Shown piece by piece: positions 24,552-37,696 of a stretch of 64,000 bases of DNA. The DNA lies in assembly GCA_951804945.1 (NCBI GenBank), contig OX638153.1:27280001-27344000 (forward strand). Direction: 5' to 3'. The number at the start of each line of letters is the position of its first letter. Within the stretch, counting starts at the first letter, position 1. Both the position numbers and the translations under genes were made by a program. The notes under the pieces were generated by a model that searched no databases, was not told where the DNA came from, and worked only from the letters and a program-made list of their open reading frames with translations. Source of the DNA: Podarcis cretensis (lineage: Eukaryota).

Positions 24552-26486
24552 CACTGGGCAACAATTTTTTTACTTTTTGAATGTTGTCTAGATTTCTACA
24601 ACTGATTTAGGGTATTTTTGCACTGCTGAATCAGGAAATGGCATCCGTTTCTCTCCATCAGGTCAGGTTTACTGTAAACTGAATGGTGGGCATTGATAAA
24701 GGTAAGTACACGTAAATTGCATGTTGCTTCACCATTTTTCAAACTTCAGGGCTTGAACTTCCATTTCTTCCTGGAATGCTCAGCGGCAGGGAGGTCTCTC
24801 TTCAGAGTCCAGCAGTAGTCAGCCATCATGACTGCGTCCCAGCGACCCTGATACCTGGTCTCCATCTCTTTCATGTCCTGATGGAATCTCTCCCCCTGCT
24901 CGTCACTCATTGAACCCAGGTTCTCAGGAAACTGGTCCATATGTGAAAATAGGTAGTGCATCTTGACACTCATGTTGCAGCCCAGGTTTCTGAAAGCAGT
25001 CAGCATGTTGTTGACAAGTTCTGCGTAGTTTCTGGCCTTATTGCTGCCAAGAAAGTTCTTCACTACCAGAACAAATGCCTTCCAGGCTTCCGGTTCCACT
25101 TCGTTCATTGCGTTTCCGAACTCTGGATCTCTGATGAGCTGACGGATCTGAGGACCGTCAAAGATGCCAGCTTTCAACTTCTCCATGGTCAATCCTGGAA
25201 AAGCCTGGCACAAGTAAGTGAAGCAGTCACCATCCTTGTCCAGAGCCTTGATGAATTGCTTGATTAAGCCGAGCTTGATGTGCAGCGGTGGGAAGAGTAT
25301 TCTGTCTCTGTCCAGAATACAGCGGTGGGAAGAGTATTCTGTCTCTGTCCACCAGAGGGTCGTTGATGACGTTCCTTTTTTTTCAAGGCACCAATTCCTC
25401 CCACACAGGCCAGTCCTTCTTCGTGTAATGCTGAGCACGGTCCCTACTATCCCACATGCACAGAAAACATGGGTACTTGGTGAAGCCAGACTGTTGTCCC
25501 AACAAAAAGTTCACCATCTTCAGGTCAACACAAATAAACCACTTATGCTGATCATAACTAATTTTCCCCAGCACATACTTCACCGCTTCATAGTTCTCCT
25601 TCAGTGTAGTCGAGTGAGCCAGGGGTATAGAGGCAAACTGGTTGCCGTTGTGTAGCAGAACACATTTCAGTGATCGCTTGCTGCTGTCAATGAACAGTCT
25701 CCAATCTTTGGGTTCGTACTGTGGTACTCCAAGCTTGAGCAGAAGCTGCGCAATATCTGCACAGTACACCAAATCCTTCTCTTCCGAGAAAAAACGGAGG
25801 TACTCTTGATGCCTGTTGTGGAAGAAGCTGATGCGAGCACTGTCAGAGAGGAGGTTTTTTTCCTTCAATCTGGATGCCAACAGTTCGGCAGAGTCCTTTG
25901 ACAAGCTGAGGTCGCGAACTAGATCATTCAACTCCTTTTGGGAAAATGGATGTGGAGCATCATCTTCAAGAACCACTTCTTCTTCTTCATGTCCTTCAAC
26001 ACTGGAGGCATCTTCGTCACTAATGTCAGGAAGTTCTCCGAAGATAGGCACTGGAATTTCATCACAATGAGCTACAGGATGACGTGCTTTTTGAAGATCA
26101 GGATACTTGAGGCTGCTCCGGTTCTATTTGTTGATCCCAGTCACATCAACAGCGCACCAATTTATGGAAGATTTCGAGGTTTTATGACTTCAAACTGATC
26201 CCTTTTTGACATAATCACCCAGAACTATCAGACCTGAATACTTCTTGTCATTAAAATAATCATTTAATCAAAACAATTATTCAACATGGCATTTTACCCC
26301 CACCAACTTCTTCTAAAATGCTCCACACAAGCGTACATGTGAACAAAAACATAAAAAAGACATGTGGCCATAGCTCAAAAACTTGACCTGATTGAGCAAA
26401 ACCAATGTGATTTTTGGATTCAGCGCATCAGATTCGTCCTTAATCAACTGAAAAAACACAGACAACAAATTTGTTGTTGACCAGTG
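24552..26486 (-). mobile_element. Chapaev3-type (CMC superfamily) DNA transposon, internally deleted
   Basis: TIR CACTGGGCAACAA / TTGTTGACCAGTG; 3-bp TSD TTA at 24549-24551 and 26487-26489; contains a transposase pseudogene. Confidence 0.88.
24746..26156 (-). pseudogene. Chapaev3 transposase pseudogene
   Basis: Motifs FSQ.ELNDLVRDL.LSK..AELL.SRL, WRLFIDSSKRSLK.VLLHNGN, DLKM..LLG.Q.G.TKYPCFLC.WDSR, PPLHIKLGL, K.G.FDGPQIR, SDEQGERFHQD; stops at 26124-26126 and 25383-25385, a 37-bp-period duplication frameshift, N-terminus missing. Confidence 0.88.
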
Positions 26487-26495
26487 TTATAATTG

Positions 26496-26628
26496 TTGGT
26501 TGGTTGGCATCCATCTGTCTCAAGAGACAATGGAGCATGGCTCCGGGGGTGAAGTAGCAGCACCCAAGTGGCCTCCCTGGGGTGCAAGCCTGGGCAGTGT
26601 GTATGGAGGTCCTGGGCTGCCCAGACGA
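26496..26628 (+). mobile_element. Probable RTE-clade LINE 5' fragment
   Basis: GTTGGCATCCATCTGTCTC.AGAGACAATGG...GCAAGCCTGGGCAG..TATGGAGG resembles RTE 5' leaders, from memory only. Confidence 0.35.
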
Positions 26629-28675
26629 GATAAAATAAATAGGTTAGGAGTCTATGTGATATCATGGAAATTCTGCATTATAAGTGCAGGGGACCAGTCT
26701 GTGTAATTGATTTATCTTGCTATATTTAGATATATATTTTTTGCCTCTTTCACAGACAGTCCTCTCACAGTGACTGCTTTATTTTTGGTTGGCAAATGCA
26801 TTGCTTTGACTGGAATAGAGGACTACTACATGGCGCTCTGTTGTGGGGAGACATTAGCAGTGTTAGAAAGAGGATAATTAAGAGTTGTATTTTAAAGAGA
26901 AGGCTATCAAGTACCATCTCCTTGTGGTGTTTCAGGACAAGGGAGGAGGAGACTCATTAGGACTGATATAGCTAGTCACCTTATGCACATGGAGAAAGGT
27001 GGAAAGATGTATCTCAGCGAAACAGGTTGACAAGAGAATGAAATATTACGGCAATCAATAGAACTATGTACACTGCTTTATGTCATAATCCAAGAGGGAT
27101 GTGTGGAATCAAGTTTCTGTTATTAATTTTTGTTTGTTGCTTAGTTTCTTAATGAGGGTTTACTTTTCCAAACAACAACAACAACATAAAATAAAAAATA
27201 TACTCCCCACTGCCAAAAAGGTATAGCTTTATAATTGTTCTTCTAAGGAATTTTCCCACCTTGTACAAATGGGTTCTTAAAAAAATATATCTCTCCAACC
27301 ATTTCCAACGTTACCTCATCAGCATATCATACCGCATACAACATTTAAACTCACTAAGCAGCTGTTCCTTCTTCCCTGGAAGCTCCTGTAATTGTAGGTC
27401 AGTGAGGAAGAAAAAGGATGTAAATGACCGTCGCAGTCCCTTGCAACTCTGCAGTTCTATAATTCTACAGTAATTCTCAGTTCCTCACCAGACTACAGCT
27501 CCCAGAATTCTTTGAATGTAGCTGCAGCAGTTAAAATGACATCAACCACAAAGTTTGACATAAACAGGGCTTTAATGTCCCTAGATTCTTCATCTGTGCT
27601 TTTTTATTATTTCTGTAAGTTTGCCAGCTTCAACCGCTGTACATTCCTCCCCCTTCCAAGAAGAAAGATACACACATGCAATTAATGTAATTGATCTGGT
27701 CGGAAGGCAAGAGATTCAGTATGGTTTAAAGTCCCAACTCTCACCCCCTGGATATAGTCAAGATTAAACTGTAAACAGCCACAAAACCTGACAGCATTTA
27801 TTGTAGCTACTTTTTATGTCCTGGCATTTGTTATTCTAGTATAATGAATTGTTATAATTCATTGTCAGGAACTGAGTATTATCATAATACTGTTTAATAG
27901 GTGACATAATTTGGAATATTGCATTTATATCTGCTGTGGATCCATATTGGATACCGTAATTGCTGAAAAGAGGTACGTGAATCTCATCTGACTTGACATA
28001 TCTCTCAATAACTACAATGTTGGGTTGTATTCAACTATAAGCCATTGTAGGCCCATTGATTTTAGTGGGTCTTCTCCTAGTGTGGCTTAGATGGATACAA
28101 CCAAATGACATCAGCACAAGATGAAACGTCCGCCTCCCACCATGACTAAAGCAAAGGAATTTGTGCTTTTGGCAGTTATTGCACACCTAGTATATAAGGC
28201 CATTTGTTTATAACAACAGACTGATGCAGAACAAATGCATATGTGCAAAAAGCAGGTGCTCCTGAAGAATAAGCACATGTAATATGAAACCACATAGAAA
28301 CCCCAGATATACAAACAGAAAATCCCCTCATCCTTAAAAAAAGAGAGAGAGAAAAGAAACATGAATCCATTTACCAGGCCCTCCAACTTTCCCTATTCCC
28401 AATTTTCCAGGGTCAGTCCCTGATTTACAGTTTCTGATTCCCGGTTTCTGATTTGATCCCAGAATGTCCTGCTTTTCCTTAGGATGTCCTTATTTTTATC
28501 AGAGAAATGTTGGAGGGGATGGAGTTATGCGACCCCCAAGCCAAGGAGATAAGTAACTATACAACCTTTAAAACACATCTGAAGGCAGCCCTGTATAGAG
28601 AAGTTTTAAAATGTTTTATTATGTCGTTATATATGTTGGAAGCCACCCAGGGTGGCTGGGATTATTTATTTATTT

Positions 28676-28706
<31 letters not shown>

Positions 28707-30662
28707 TTATTATTGAATAGGACCTCCCTATTTCCATTGGAGAAATGTTGGACTGTATGCTTTTTCTCAGTGGAGATATGAGAATAGTACCAAGTTTAGG
28801 ACAGCCCTGTATACTAATTTCTATCATTTGTAGATAAAGCATGTGTTTCAAAACAAGGTTGCTGTGATTAAAGAAATAAATAAAAATAATTAATTAATTA
28901 ATTAATTAATTAACTGCAGAAGTTTATGCTACTGTATCCTCCCCACCCCCCAGCTCCAGAAATGCTGAGTTACAATTTCAAAGAGGATTTCACATCGTTG
29001 ACATAATCTATTACCTCTTGGGTTTCATTGATCAAGGGAGATGTAGGGTTGGGTTATCCATTATGCTAAATCCACTGCTGAGAGTTGGCCGTAGACCTGT
29101 TTCAGCAAGGGTCTGTCGGGAAGAGACTCACCTTCAGCAGGAGCAATCCATCATAGGATGGGACAATACAAAAGCACATTGCCCTAAATAAAGACAGGAT
29201 TTTCAATGTGACAGATAAATCAATACATTAAGCTCTTGGGAGTCTCAAAGTCCCGAGAATAGGGCTGGTGGTAGCACAGCCACAGTGTTATGAGTACTGG
29301 AACCCCAATCATTTTACAGCATGAAACATTCAGGTAGGGGAGGCTCAGGTTGGCATTTTCCTCTTAGATTCAGCCACCCACAAAGAGCATCATTTAGCTG
29401 AAGAATAAACTTCAAAGAAAAAAGAGCTATGATACTGCTCCAACACAATTAACTGCCTGCTTCACTACTTCAGAAGGAGAAAGGCTGCTTTCATGTTTTA
29501 TTTCCTACACTTGAAACCACCAAACTGGGAACAAGTCCCAATTTAGCTTTGTAAAGTGAAAATAAAACTTCAGAGGACCATTTGCCTCCGAAACACTGCC
29601 TAACTCAGTGGGGGGCTAGAAGGAAGCCTACAATGAGGGGAGAAACATACCCAGCAGAGACTTCAAGCTCCTTTTGTTGCTAAATTCTACAGCGCGCATT
29701 TATAGGTGGTTAGATTCACTTCCTTTTTTACTGACGAAGCAATACATTATTTCAATCTGAAGCAAGAGAATGGTCAAAGAATATAGGCTAAAATTTGAAA
29801 GGTTTAGCGCTTTAATCCTAAAGTTAATCAGAAGACCTCAAAGAACTTCCATGTGGAGAGAATGCCATGGATTTCAGTGGGGCTAACATAGAATATAGGT
29901 GGTTTGTTGACATTCTAGTCACTTGACCAGGTGGGGGCAGAAGGCAGAACAGGATCTATAGGGAGATCTCTGGCTGATTTACATTCAACGGGCAACTGTT
30001 TCTAATTTAACCATTTAAAAAACAGCAAGAGGAACGCTTTTCCCAATTAAATTAGGCAGCTGGAATGAGGGAAACATGAGACAGGGATCATATGTTTGTG
30101 ACAGGACTGTGAGATCCGTAATGGTACTGAAAACAAAATCCTGGGCGAGCATATGCTCAGAGGCAACTTTCTGTTTAATTCTGTGCCCATCCCCTAGGGG
30201 CATACTATTGCATTTGGTGGATCCTAGGTTCTAGTAAAGTAGATCCCACAAGCAAGAGAGAGGGCAGCAAGAACTTGTAACATATTCTTATCCCTGAAAC
30301 GTGGATAGGAGATTGGCAATGTTATGTCTGTACCAAGCCTTTACAGCTGCATACTTAGTGGGAAGGAGTCTACTGAATGGGATTGGCTTTGGAGTAAACA
30401 TGCTTAGGGTTGTATCCAATGTAGTGCCATGTAAATGTTCCATCAACGAAAGGGGCACTGCTTGTACAATGGAAATTTGGGGAGGGGAAGGAGAGGAGAG
30501 GAGAGGGGAAAGCCCTTTTGTGCAAGCAGAAATCCTTGCACTGATGGGACGTGTTTGTTGAATACCATCCTTAGGAACAGGCTGCATACAACCACATATT
30601 AGTAAATTCTCCGGGCATCAAAATGGTCTCTTTTGAGGCTTCAACTTTGCTTTTACATAGTT

Positions 30663-30671
30663 ACACACACA

Positions 30672-30729
<58 letters not shown>
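30663..30729. repeat. (AC)n(AG)n compound microsatellite
   Basis: Seen directly. Confidence 0.95.
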
Positions 30730-30732
<3 letters not shown>

Positions 30733-31425
30733 TAGCTACTGAATAATTTTGTCTAGTTTTTGAGAAGGTAAAATTGGTCTGAAAGGAGTAGTCAATGAGG
30801 AAATAGGTTATTCCGAAATATTAAAAGACTATGAATGGCAAAACAGGTTTAAAAACCAGTCCCAATGTAGTTTTGTTAAATCTGAAAAGGAGTAGCCCTA
30901 GTAACGTGGATTGATTCTTGTTCAATGGCGAGCCTAATTATTAGGCGGAAGAAACCTCTTATATCAAATTATTCTTTCTTTTGTAACTGACTCTTCAACA
31001 TTCCTCTAGGTAAATATTCCCTCCCCTCATGTTATATGCGTAATGTATTTATTTAATTTTTTTTTGGCTAGCACCAGAAACATGTTTGCAACTTATTTCC
31101 AGTTGGTTGCTTTTGAAGAAACTGTGCATTCTAAACAGGCATTCCTTCTTCCCACTAACCCTAGAAGCTTGTTGTATGATAGCATCTTGTGGGGGACAAA
31201 ACTGCTGCATCCAGCGTAAGCCCTCTGTCCACCATGTAGCTATTAATGCAGGGGATTCAGGGATGGGGAAAGGAGCAGGAAAGAGTACCAATAATATTCC
31301 TAGTGCATGAACAGCCTTTTCACTACTGAGGGAGCTGCTTGCATTTTGGTTCCTTTCCAGGAGGGAAGTTAAGTAATGAACTTGTTATAAGTGACAGTCA
31401 CTTGGAAAGAGATGAGGCAGCAACA

Positions 31426-31427
<2 letters not shown>

Positions 31428-31472
<45 letters not shown>

Positions 31473-31487
31473 TGTGTGTGTGTGTGT
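31428..31487. repeat. (CT)n then (GT)n microsatellite
   Basis: Seen directly. Confidence 0.9.
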
Positions 31488-32194
31488 AGGGGGCAAGACA
31501 ATTCTCTGCGAAAAATGCTTCTCATCAGCAGTAGTCTAATGGAGGGGGGCATTTGGAGGAGTGCATCTCTGGGACTTTTTTTCCAGAGCGGAAGCTACAA
31601 TGTCATTGGCTGGAGCACTGGAATAATGGGCAGATCATCCTGGCAAAGGAAAGAGGTGATAATGAGGCTTTCAAGTTTTGCTATGGTTTGTGACATATAT
31701 GCACCCTGGAAGTCAAGAATGCAGCCATCTTACTCTGCTATGACTGTCATCTGATCCTGATATATTGAGCATAGCCAGTGCTTTTTCCTGGTGATACACA
31801 GTACCAACACCTTTCTCCCCCAAATCTTGTGATGCCAGCAACAAAGCAAGGCTTCGGAGGTGTCCACGGTGCAGGTGCCTGGGTGTTGCGCATGTCCACT
31901 GCCTTCCCACCCTTTAGTCAGTGGGCAGGGAAGGAGGAGGAAAGAAGGAGCCTGGGGTGCAGGGAGGGGTGGGTGTGACCTCCACGAGTCTGCGTGTGTG
32001 TGGCCGAGTGGCAATGCAGGCACAGTGTGGCCAGGCAGCTGTGAGAGGACAGGACAGGGTGGGTGGCTGTCTGCCTGGCTTGTTGGATGGCAGACATTTT
32101 GAGTAGTCCCACGATGCACATCCTGTGAAAAGGGCGGCAGATTGTCATGAACCTGGTGTGTACAGGCACATTGTTTTCCTAGAAAAAAAGACAC

Positions 32195-32336
32195 NNNNNN
32201 NNNNNNNNNNNNNNNNNNNNNNNNNNNNNNNNNNNNNNNNNNNNNNNNNNNNNNNNNNNNNNNNNNNNNNNNNNNNNNNNNNNNNNNNNNNNNNNNNNNN
32301 NNNNNNNNNNNNNNNNNNNNNNNNNNNNNNNNNNNN
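32195..32336. other. Assembly gap (142 N)
   Basis: Run of N. Confidence 1.
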
Positions 32337-33212
32337 TCATTATCTTCCATATGTAGGGAAATGCCTGGAACACAGTCTTTGTTGTTAACCACCAATGGAC
32401 CAGAAGCGGTTGTCATACTTATCAGTCTCCCTTTTACAATTGTACTATTATAATCATACCTTTAACTGTAAGCTGCTTTAGCTGAAAGGTGAATAAGATA
32501 TTTTTAATGTAATAAATAAATAGAAACAATTCTTTTAAAAATTAAATGCCCCCATTTTCAAATTGCCGAACTATTTGCTAGAAGCCAGCATCCGCACCAA
32601 AGCAATAAGATCACGCTCATATGAAATAAGCACAGCCTTGGAATAGAAAGGGAAAAAGAATGTGACACATTAAATTAAATGCCTCACTGACGAATCAGGT
32701 GTGGGGTTTTTTGGTTTTTTTTTTTAGCAAAGCAACAATATTTTCATCATCTTCTTATAGCTCTGATATCATTTTATTTCCTCCTTGAGGGCACTTTATG
32801 ATCACTTACTTAGCTATTGTGTACAAAAGAATTCAATGTATGCAGGTTTTGGTTGCATGCATTTTCACATTTATTCCAGGAAATAGATACATATTTGCTG
32901 GCCAGGAGGGGGGCAGTGGTGATGGGGGAAGCACCTCTCTTCATCCAAGGAAAAATAAACCGCTTAAATACTCATTTTAACATTCATGTCAACAATCAAA
33001 AGAGGGAACGGCATGAAGCAGAGGACCTGGAGAATTGTGTGGAAAACAGAAGCATTCAGTAGGAGCAAAGCTCTTGTGTTTATTTTATTGATCATTTATT
33101 GCTTGATTTAAAAAAGATGCATAAACCACTCACCTTATAAGAGAGCCGTGTACACAAACTAAAAAATAAGTATAATATCTACACCAAGAAAAAAACAGTT
33201 GAAATAGGAGTA

Positions 33213-33878
33213 CAGTGGTACCTCGGGTTACAGCCGCTTCAGGTTACAGACTCCACTAACCCAGAAATAGTACCTCGGGTTGTAGCATGTATGCTACAGC
33301 TGCCGCGAGAACCCTTCTGGCCCAAAGATGGAAAGTACAAGATATACCAACTATTCAGGAGTGGCAGGCGAAGTTGACAGAATATGCAGAACTTGCCAAA
33401 CTGTCAGGGAGGATCTGGGACCAGGGAGATCAAAGATACCAAAATAACTGGAGTAAATTTATTGAATATTTAAAGAAGAATTGTAAAGAGGTCAAGACAC
33501 TAGCAGGATTGACATAATACCTCCAATGTGTAATAGTACTAAAATGAGAATGATGTGCGTGATGGAAAGAGGATAAATATACCAGTTGTGGGGAGGGAGG
33601 GGGGTCGCGACTCGGCAGAGTCAAAGGGAATGTATGGTGCTATTACAATTTGTTGGAAAAGAATATGTAAGGAAAACAATAAAAATTCACTTGGGGAAAA
33701 AAAGAAATAGTACCTAGGGTTAAGAACTTTGCTTCAGGATGAGAACAGAAAAAGCACCACGGCGGTGCAGTGGCAGCAAGAGGCCCCATTAGCTAAAGTG
33801 GTACCTCAGGTTAAGAACAGTTTCAGGCTAAGAATGGACCTCCAGAACGAATTAAGTTCTTAACCCGAGGTACCACTG
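33213..33878 (-). mobile_element. Tc1/mariner MITE, family A copy 4, interrupted by an L1
   Basis: TIRs and TA TSD intact; the two halves rejoin into the family consensus once 33282-33721 is removed. Confidence 0.9.
33282..33702 (+). mobile_element. 5'-truncated L1-clade LINE (ORF2 C-terminus, 3'UTR, A-tail)
   Basis: ORF 33287-33517 (MYATAAARTLLAQRWK..IPT..EW..KL.EYAELAKL), AATAAA at 33678-33683, A-rich tail, 19-bp TSD AGAAATAGTACCT(C/A)GGGTT at 33263-33281 and 33703-33721. Confidence 0.88.
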
Positions 33879-34356
33879 TACATTAGAAGTCGATCAATAG
33901 ACGGTAGTTTAAAAATGCCAGTCAGAAAACCTTGGGTGAATACAAAGGTCTTAAGCATGCACCTGAAAGAATAAGGTGGTTGGAGCATGCTTTATCTCAA
34001 ATGGTAATAAATTCTGCATTAAAGGGCAGAATTATCAAATGCATTGTGTCCTTTGAATTTCTATTAGACCATAATATATGTACATTTGGTGGATTTTTAA
34101 GTCTTAAGTATATTAAGTATATATTAAGTATATATTTACTAATAAGAGGTGTTTTGGTCAATGTTTGAATGTCCATTTACATTTTGTCAAGTCTTCATTG
34201 GTGCATTTATGATGAAATGTTACGTTTTGTACATTTTTCGGATGCCATGAGCTGCTGTGAGCAGGGTGTACCGTGGAAAAGTGGCATCCGAAAAACCTGA
34301 TGATGCTAATGGTAATGGGATCACCTTTTACAGATCCTTGAAACTCTACTCTAAAT

Positions 34357-34492
34357 CAGGCACCCCCAAACTCGGTCTTCCAGATGGTTTGGGACTACAG
34401 TTCCTATCATCCCTGACCACTGATCCTGTTAGCTAGGGATGATGGGAGTTGTAGTCCCAACACATCTGGAGGACCGAGTTTGGGGATGCTTG
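34357..34492. mobile_element. hAT (Charlie-like) palindromic MITE
   Basis: CAGGCACCCCCAAACTCGG / CCGAGTTTGGGGATGCTTG; perfect 8-bp TSD CTCTAAAT. Confidence 0.88.
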
Positions 34493-36631
34493 CTCTAAAT
34501 AATCGTTGTGTGTGTGTTTGTGTGTAATCAGGGTCAGGACCACGGCATGCAAGGAGTGGGTGCTAAACCCTTTCTTCCTATGACACACTCCTGGTAAAAA
34601 ATTCCCCCTCTTCAGAGCTGCTATTTGGTTCTGGGGGGAAGTTGTGATGGCAAGAATGAGAGCAGCCCCTCTGAGCCAAATAGTAGCTTTAGGGAGGGCT
34701 TTGTTGTTGTTGTTGGGACCATATTGTGGGAGCAAAAGGCTTTAAAATGAATCTCTTCACAAGTGTGCTATGATGGTCCTGATCCTGCTTCTCTAAAAGC
34801 TAAAAGTTAAAAGCTACACATAAAATGCAACATCAAGTAATGTGCTTAGTAATGCATGCGTTTCAGCCCTTTTGCAAGCAGCTATGGACCTCTCCCAGAA
34901 ATCCCCAAATTCCCAGATTTTTGTGTGTTTGTGAGAGAGAGCGCTAGACAGATAAAGAAGTGATGGGATGGAACAGAGAAAGAAGGAACTATTTAATCCT
35001 GCAGTGCCAGGAACTCTGCACACTTTTGGCTCTAGACCCATCAATCCTTGCTCAACTAGGAATGTGAAAAGGTATTGTTTTCTGTTCTGCTCTGTTTTTC
35101 TCACATGCAGCGCTGTCTCCATTCTGCTACAGTACACCTTCTTCCAAACGCTACATTGCTTGCCTTATCATCCACTGGGGTGAAATCGCATAACCTATGT
35201 AACTTATGTAATTATGTTGTCATTATTGCACTCTGTTCATTTCTAAGCAATGTCGATGTGGGCGGGGGTGTGTGTGTGTGGCACAGGTAAACACAATCAA
35301 TTACATATCATTTGCGGACTGAAAGCAACAGAAGGAGCCAATATTGATTGCATCCGCTGGATTGATTTCCGTTCTGGGCATGGGATGGATAAGCAAGCAC
35401 GGACAATTTCCATTCCTGTTTCCGTTTTCATCAGGATTCCCCCCCCCATGCTCCACCCACCATCAGTGGTGCCCCCCATGACTTTCCCCATGGCTCAACA
35501 GCCCTTCCTAGGAAAAAGATTCCCTAACCCCTTCTTTTTGCAGAACAAGTTGCCCACCAGAATGATGCCCATACGCAAGCGTCCCGACGTACACACCCAG
35601 ACATTATTACTAATCCTGATTAATCCCGCTGTTGAACTCTTTGCTCTCTTAACTATCACCCTTTATACTTTCAGTGGCTATATTGTATTAGTCTGGAGGC
35701 TTTGGGTGTTAATGAATCAGCTGGTAATCGTACCCCAAAGGAAGGATGAGAAAGCACCAGCTCATTCAAACAGGGTTCAGTGCAGTTTACGTAGTGAATG
35801 GCTTTCTGCCAGCCAGCATAATACAGCAGCACTGCAGTTATTAACCTAGAAATCTTTCCTTCAGAGTCTAAAATATCACCCAATCAGGGGCCGCAGGGGA
35901 ATGCCATGCGGTGTTATAAATGGCAAAGCTGCTTTCCAACTTAAAGGATAGTGTGGAAGCATTGCTTTAGCTTTGATATTTACCAATGTGGAAGGGAACA
36001 TGTTTCTGAACACGTAGCTGGCCCTTAAGCAAGCATTTTCTCTCTCTCCCCCCCCCCCCCAGATTAGATGCTGCTTAGCTTGTGCTAGTGTAGTTAGAGA
36101 AAATCCTGGCATTGTTTGCATTTTGCTTCCAAACGATGTGAGTCTCCCCACCCCACCCGGCTCTCAGTTTTAGATATAATACGATGCTTTTAAAGATTAT
36201 CAAGTAAACGTGGGTTTTCCTTTTCCTGCCACAGATCATAATCTGCCGGGTAAATGTGCACAAATGAATTGCTGGCTTTGGAAGCAGTAGCTGGTCGCTT
36301 TAAAGAACTGGTAGTTTGTAAGTAGGCCATGGAAAGGGAAGAATATATTTTTGGATAGATTTTTCTTTTTTTAAAAAATGATCATATAGCATTTTCAGAT
36401 TGAGACAGACAAGCACAGTGCCAAAAGGTGCTGTGTATCAGAGCTACACTCACTTAGCTTCAGCAATACCAAATTGTCTGTCGTCCCCAGACTATTCATT
36501 GGGTTCTCTCATATTCTATGCTAGATGTGTCTCTCCCTTCCTATTCATTCCTCTGTTGCCTTCCCTACCACCAACATTTAGATTGTAAATTCTGCAAAGG
36601 AGGGGGTCCAGGTTTGCCATCAGAGGACCAT

Positions 36632-36768
36632 TCCTTCCTTGGAGGTTTTTAAGCAGAGGTTGAAGGGCCATGCATTGTGTATGATCTAACTGAGATTCAT
36701 TGCATTGCAGGGGGTTGGACTAGATGACCCTCGGGGTCCCTTACAACATTATGATTCTGTGATTCTAA
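36632..36768 (+). mobile_element. CR1 3' end fragment
   Basis: TCCTTCCTTGGAGGTTTTTAAGCAGAGG...ATGATTCTGTGATTCT. Confidence 0.8.
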
Positions 36769-36953
36769 GAGGGAGGTTGCTGTAAGATAGGCATGGAGGA
36801 ATCTGTCAGTTTCAGTTACCCTGATTTTCTCATTTTTCCAATCTTAAGTTTCGTTCTCTGCATTTCCACTTCAGTTTGCATTTTAAAAAAAAGTGTGTCC
36901 TTGTGAAAAATCCACCTGTGTTTCAGTGCAAATTTCACCACGATGTCCCTTCT

Positions 36954-37672
36954 TTTCTTTTTTTTCTTTTTTTAATTCAAAGTTATAACAAAACCTATTA
37001 TCCAAAAACATATCCTTATTCCCCCCCCCATTTTTCCTTCCTCCTCCCTCCCCCCCACAGAACCCATCCCCCACCCCCCGACTTCCCTCAGTTCCAGTCT
37101 TTGGTTTCTCCAATAATGCTATTTTCTGCATGTTACAAAATTGTATAGATCCTCAAACTGTTTAGCTGATTATTATCAGTAAAAAAATTGTGAATGTTTA
37201 TTCAAAACCTGCCAAGGAGTCCAGTTCGCTTTACTGTGTCTTCAGATACTTTGTAAAAGGTTCCCATTCATCCTTAAAGTTACAGTTATCCTTATCCCGT
37301 AGCTTATATGTCAATTTTGCCAGTTCTGCATAGTCCATCAATTTTTCTTGCCATGATTCTTTAGTTGGGATTTCTTCAGTCTTCCATCCTTGTGCTACCA
37401 GAACTCTCACGGCCGTTGTCGCATACATGAAAATGTTTTTCAACTTTTTTGGCAGGTCTTTCCCTACAAACCCCAACAAAAATGCCTCGGGTTTTTTAAC
37501 AAATGATAAATGGAACATTTTCTTCAATTCATTGTATATCATTTCCCAAAATTTTTTAATTACCTTACAATCCCACCACATATGATAAAATGTTCCCTCC
37601 TTTTCCTTACACTTCCAACATATATTTGAATTAGTTTTGTACATTTTCCCTAACTGCACTGGTGTTGTGTAC
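36954..37672 (-). mobile_element. 5'-truncated L1-clade LINE with an open ORF2 C-terminus
   Basis: ORF 37231-37680 has the CWKC..EGTFYHMWWDC zinc knuckle; poly(A)-like tail; 18-bp TSD CACCAC(G/A)AT(G/T)TCCCTTCT at 36936-36953 and 37673-37690. Confidence 0.9.
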
Positions 37673-37696
37673 CACCACAATTTCCCTTCTAACTCT

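Noticed and set aside
24746-26156. Domesticated transposase or RAG-like host gene
   Set aside because: Two stops, a frameshift, an N-terminal deletion, and intact TIR/TSD show it is a dead transposon copy
27315-27385. Possible 71-nt minus-strand exon (pyrimidine tract, CAG acceptor, GTAAC donor; ELPGKKEQLLSEFKCCMRYDMLM)
   Set aside because: Peptide not recognised and no partner exons found; such signals arise by chance in 64 kb. RNA-seq or TBLASTN would be needed
31776-32194. hAT MITE (CAGTGCTTTTT...AAAAAAAGACAC)
   Set aside because: The right end runs into the gap, so TIR and TSD cannot be confirmed
31730-32416. 228-aa ORF
   Set aside because: Artefact of reading through the N gap
35250-35849. 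199-aa ORF, and similar unassigned ORFs (4995-5534, 40814-41173, 55497-55979)
   Set aside because: No recognisable domain or exon structure and low-complexity content; consistent with chance ORFs
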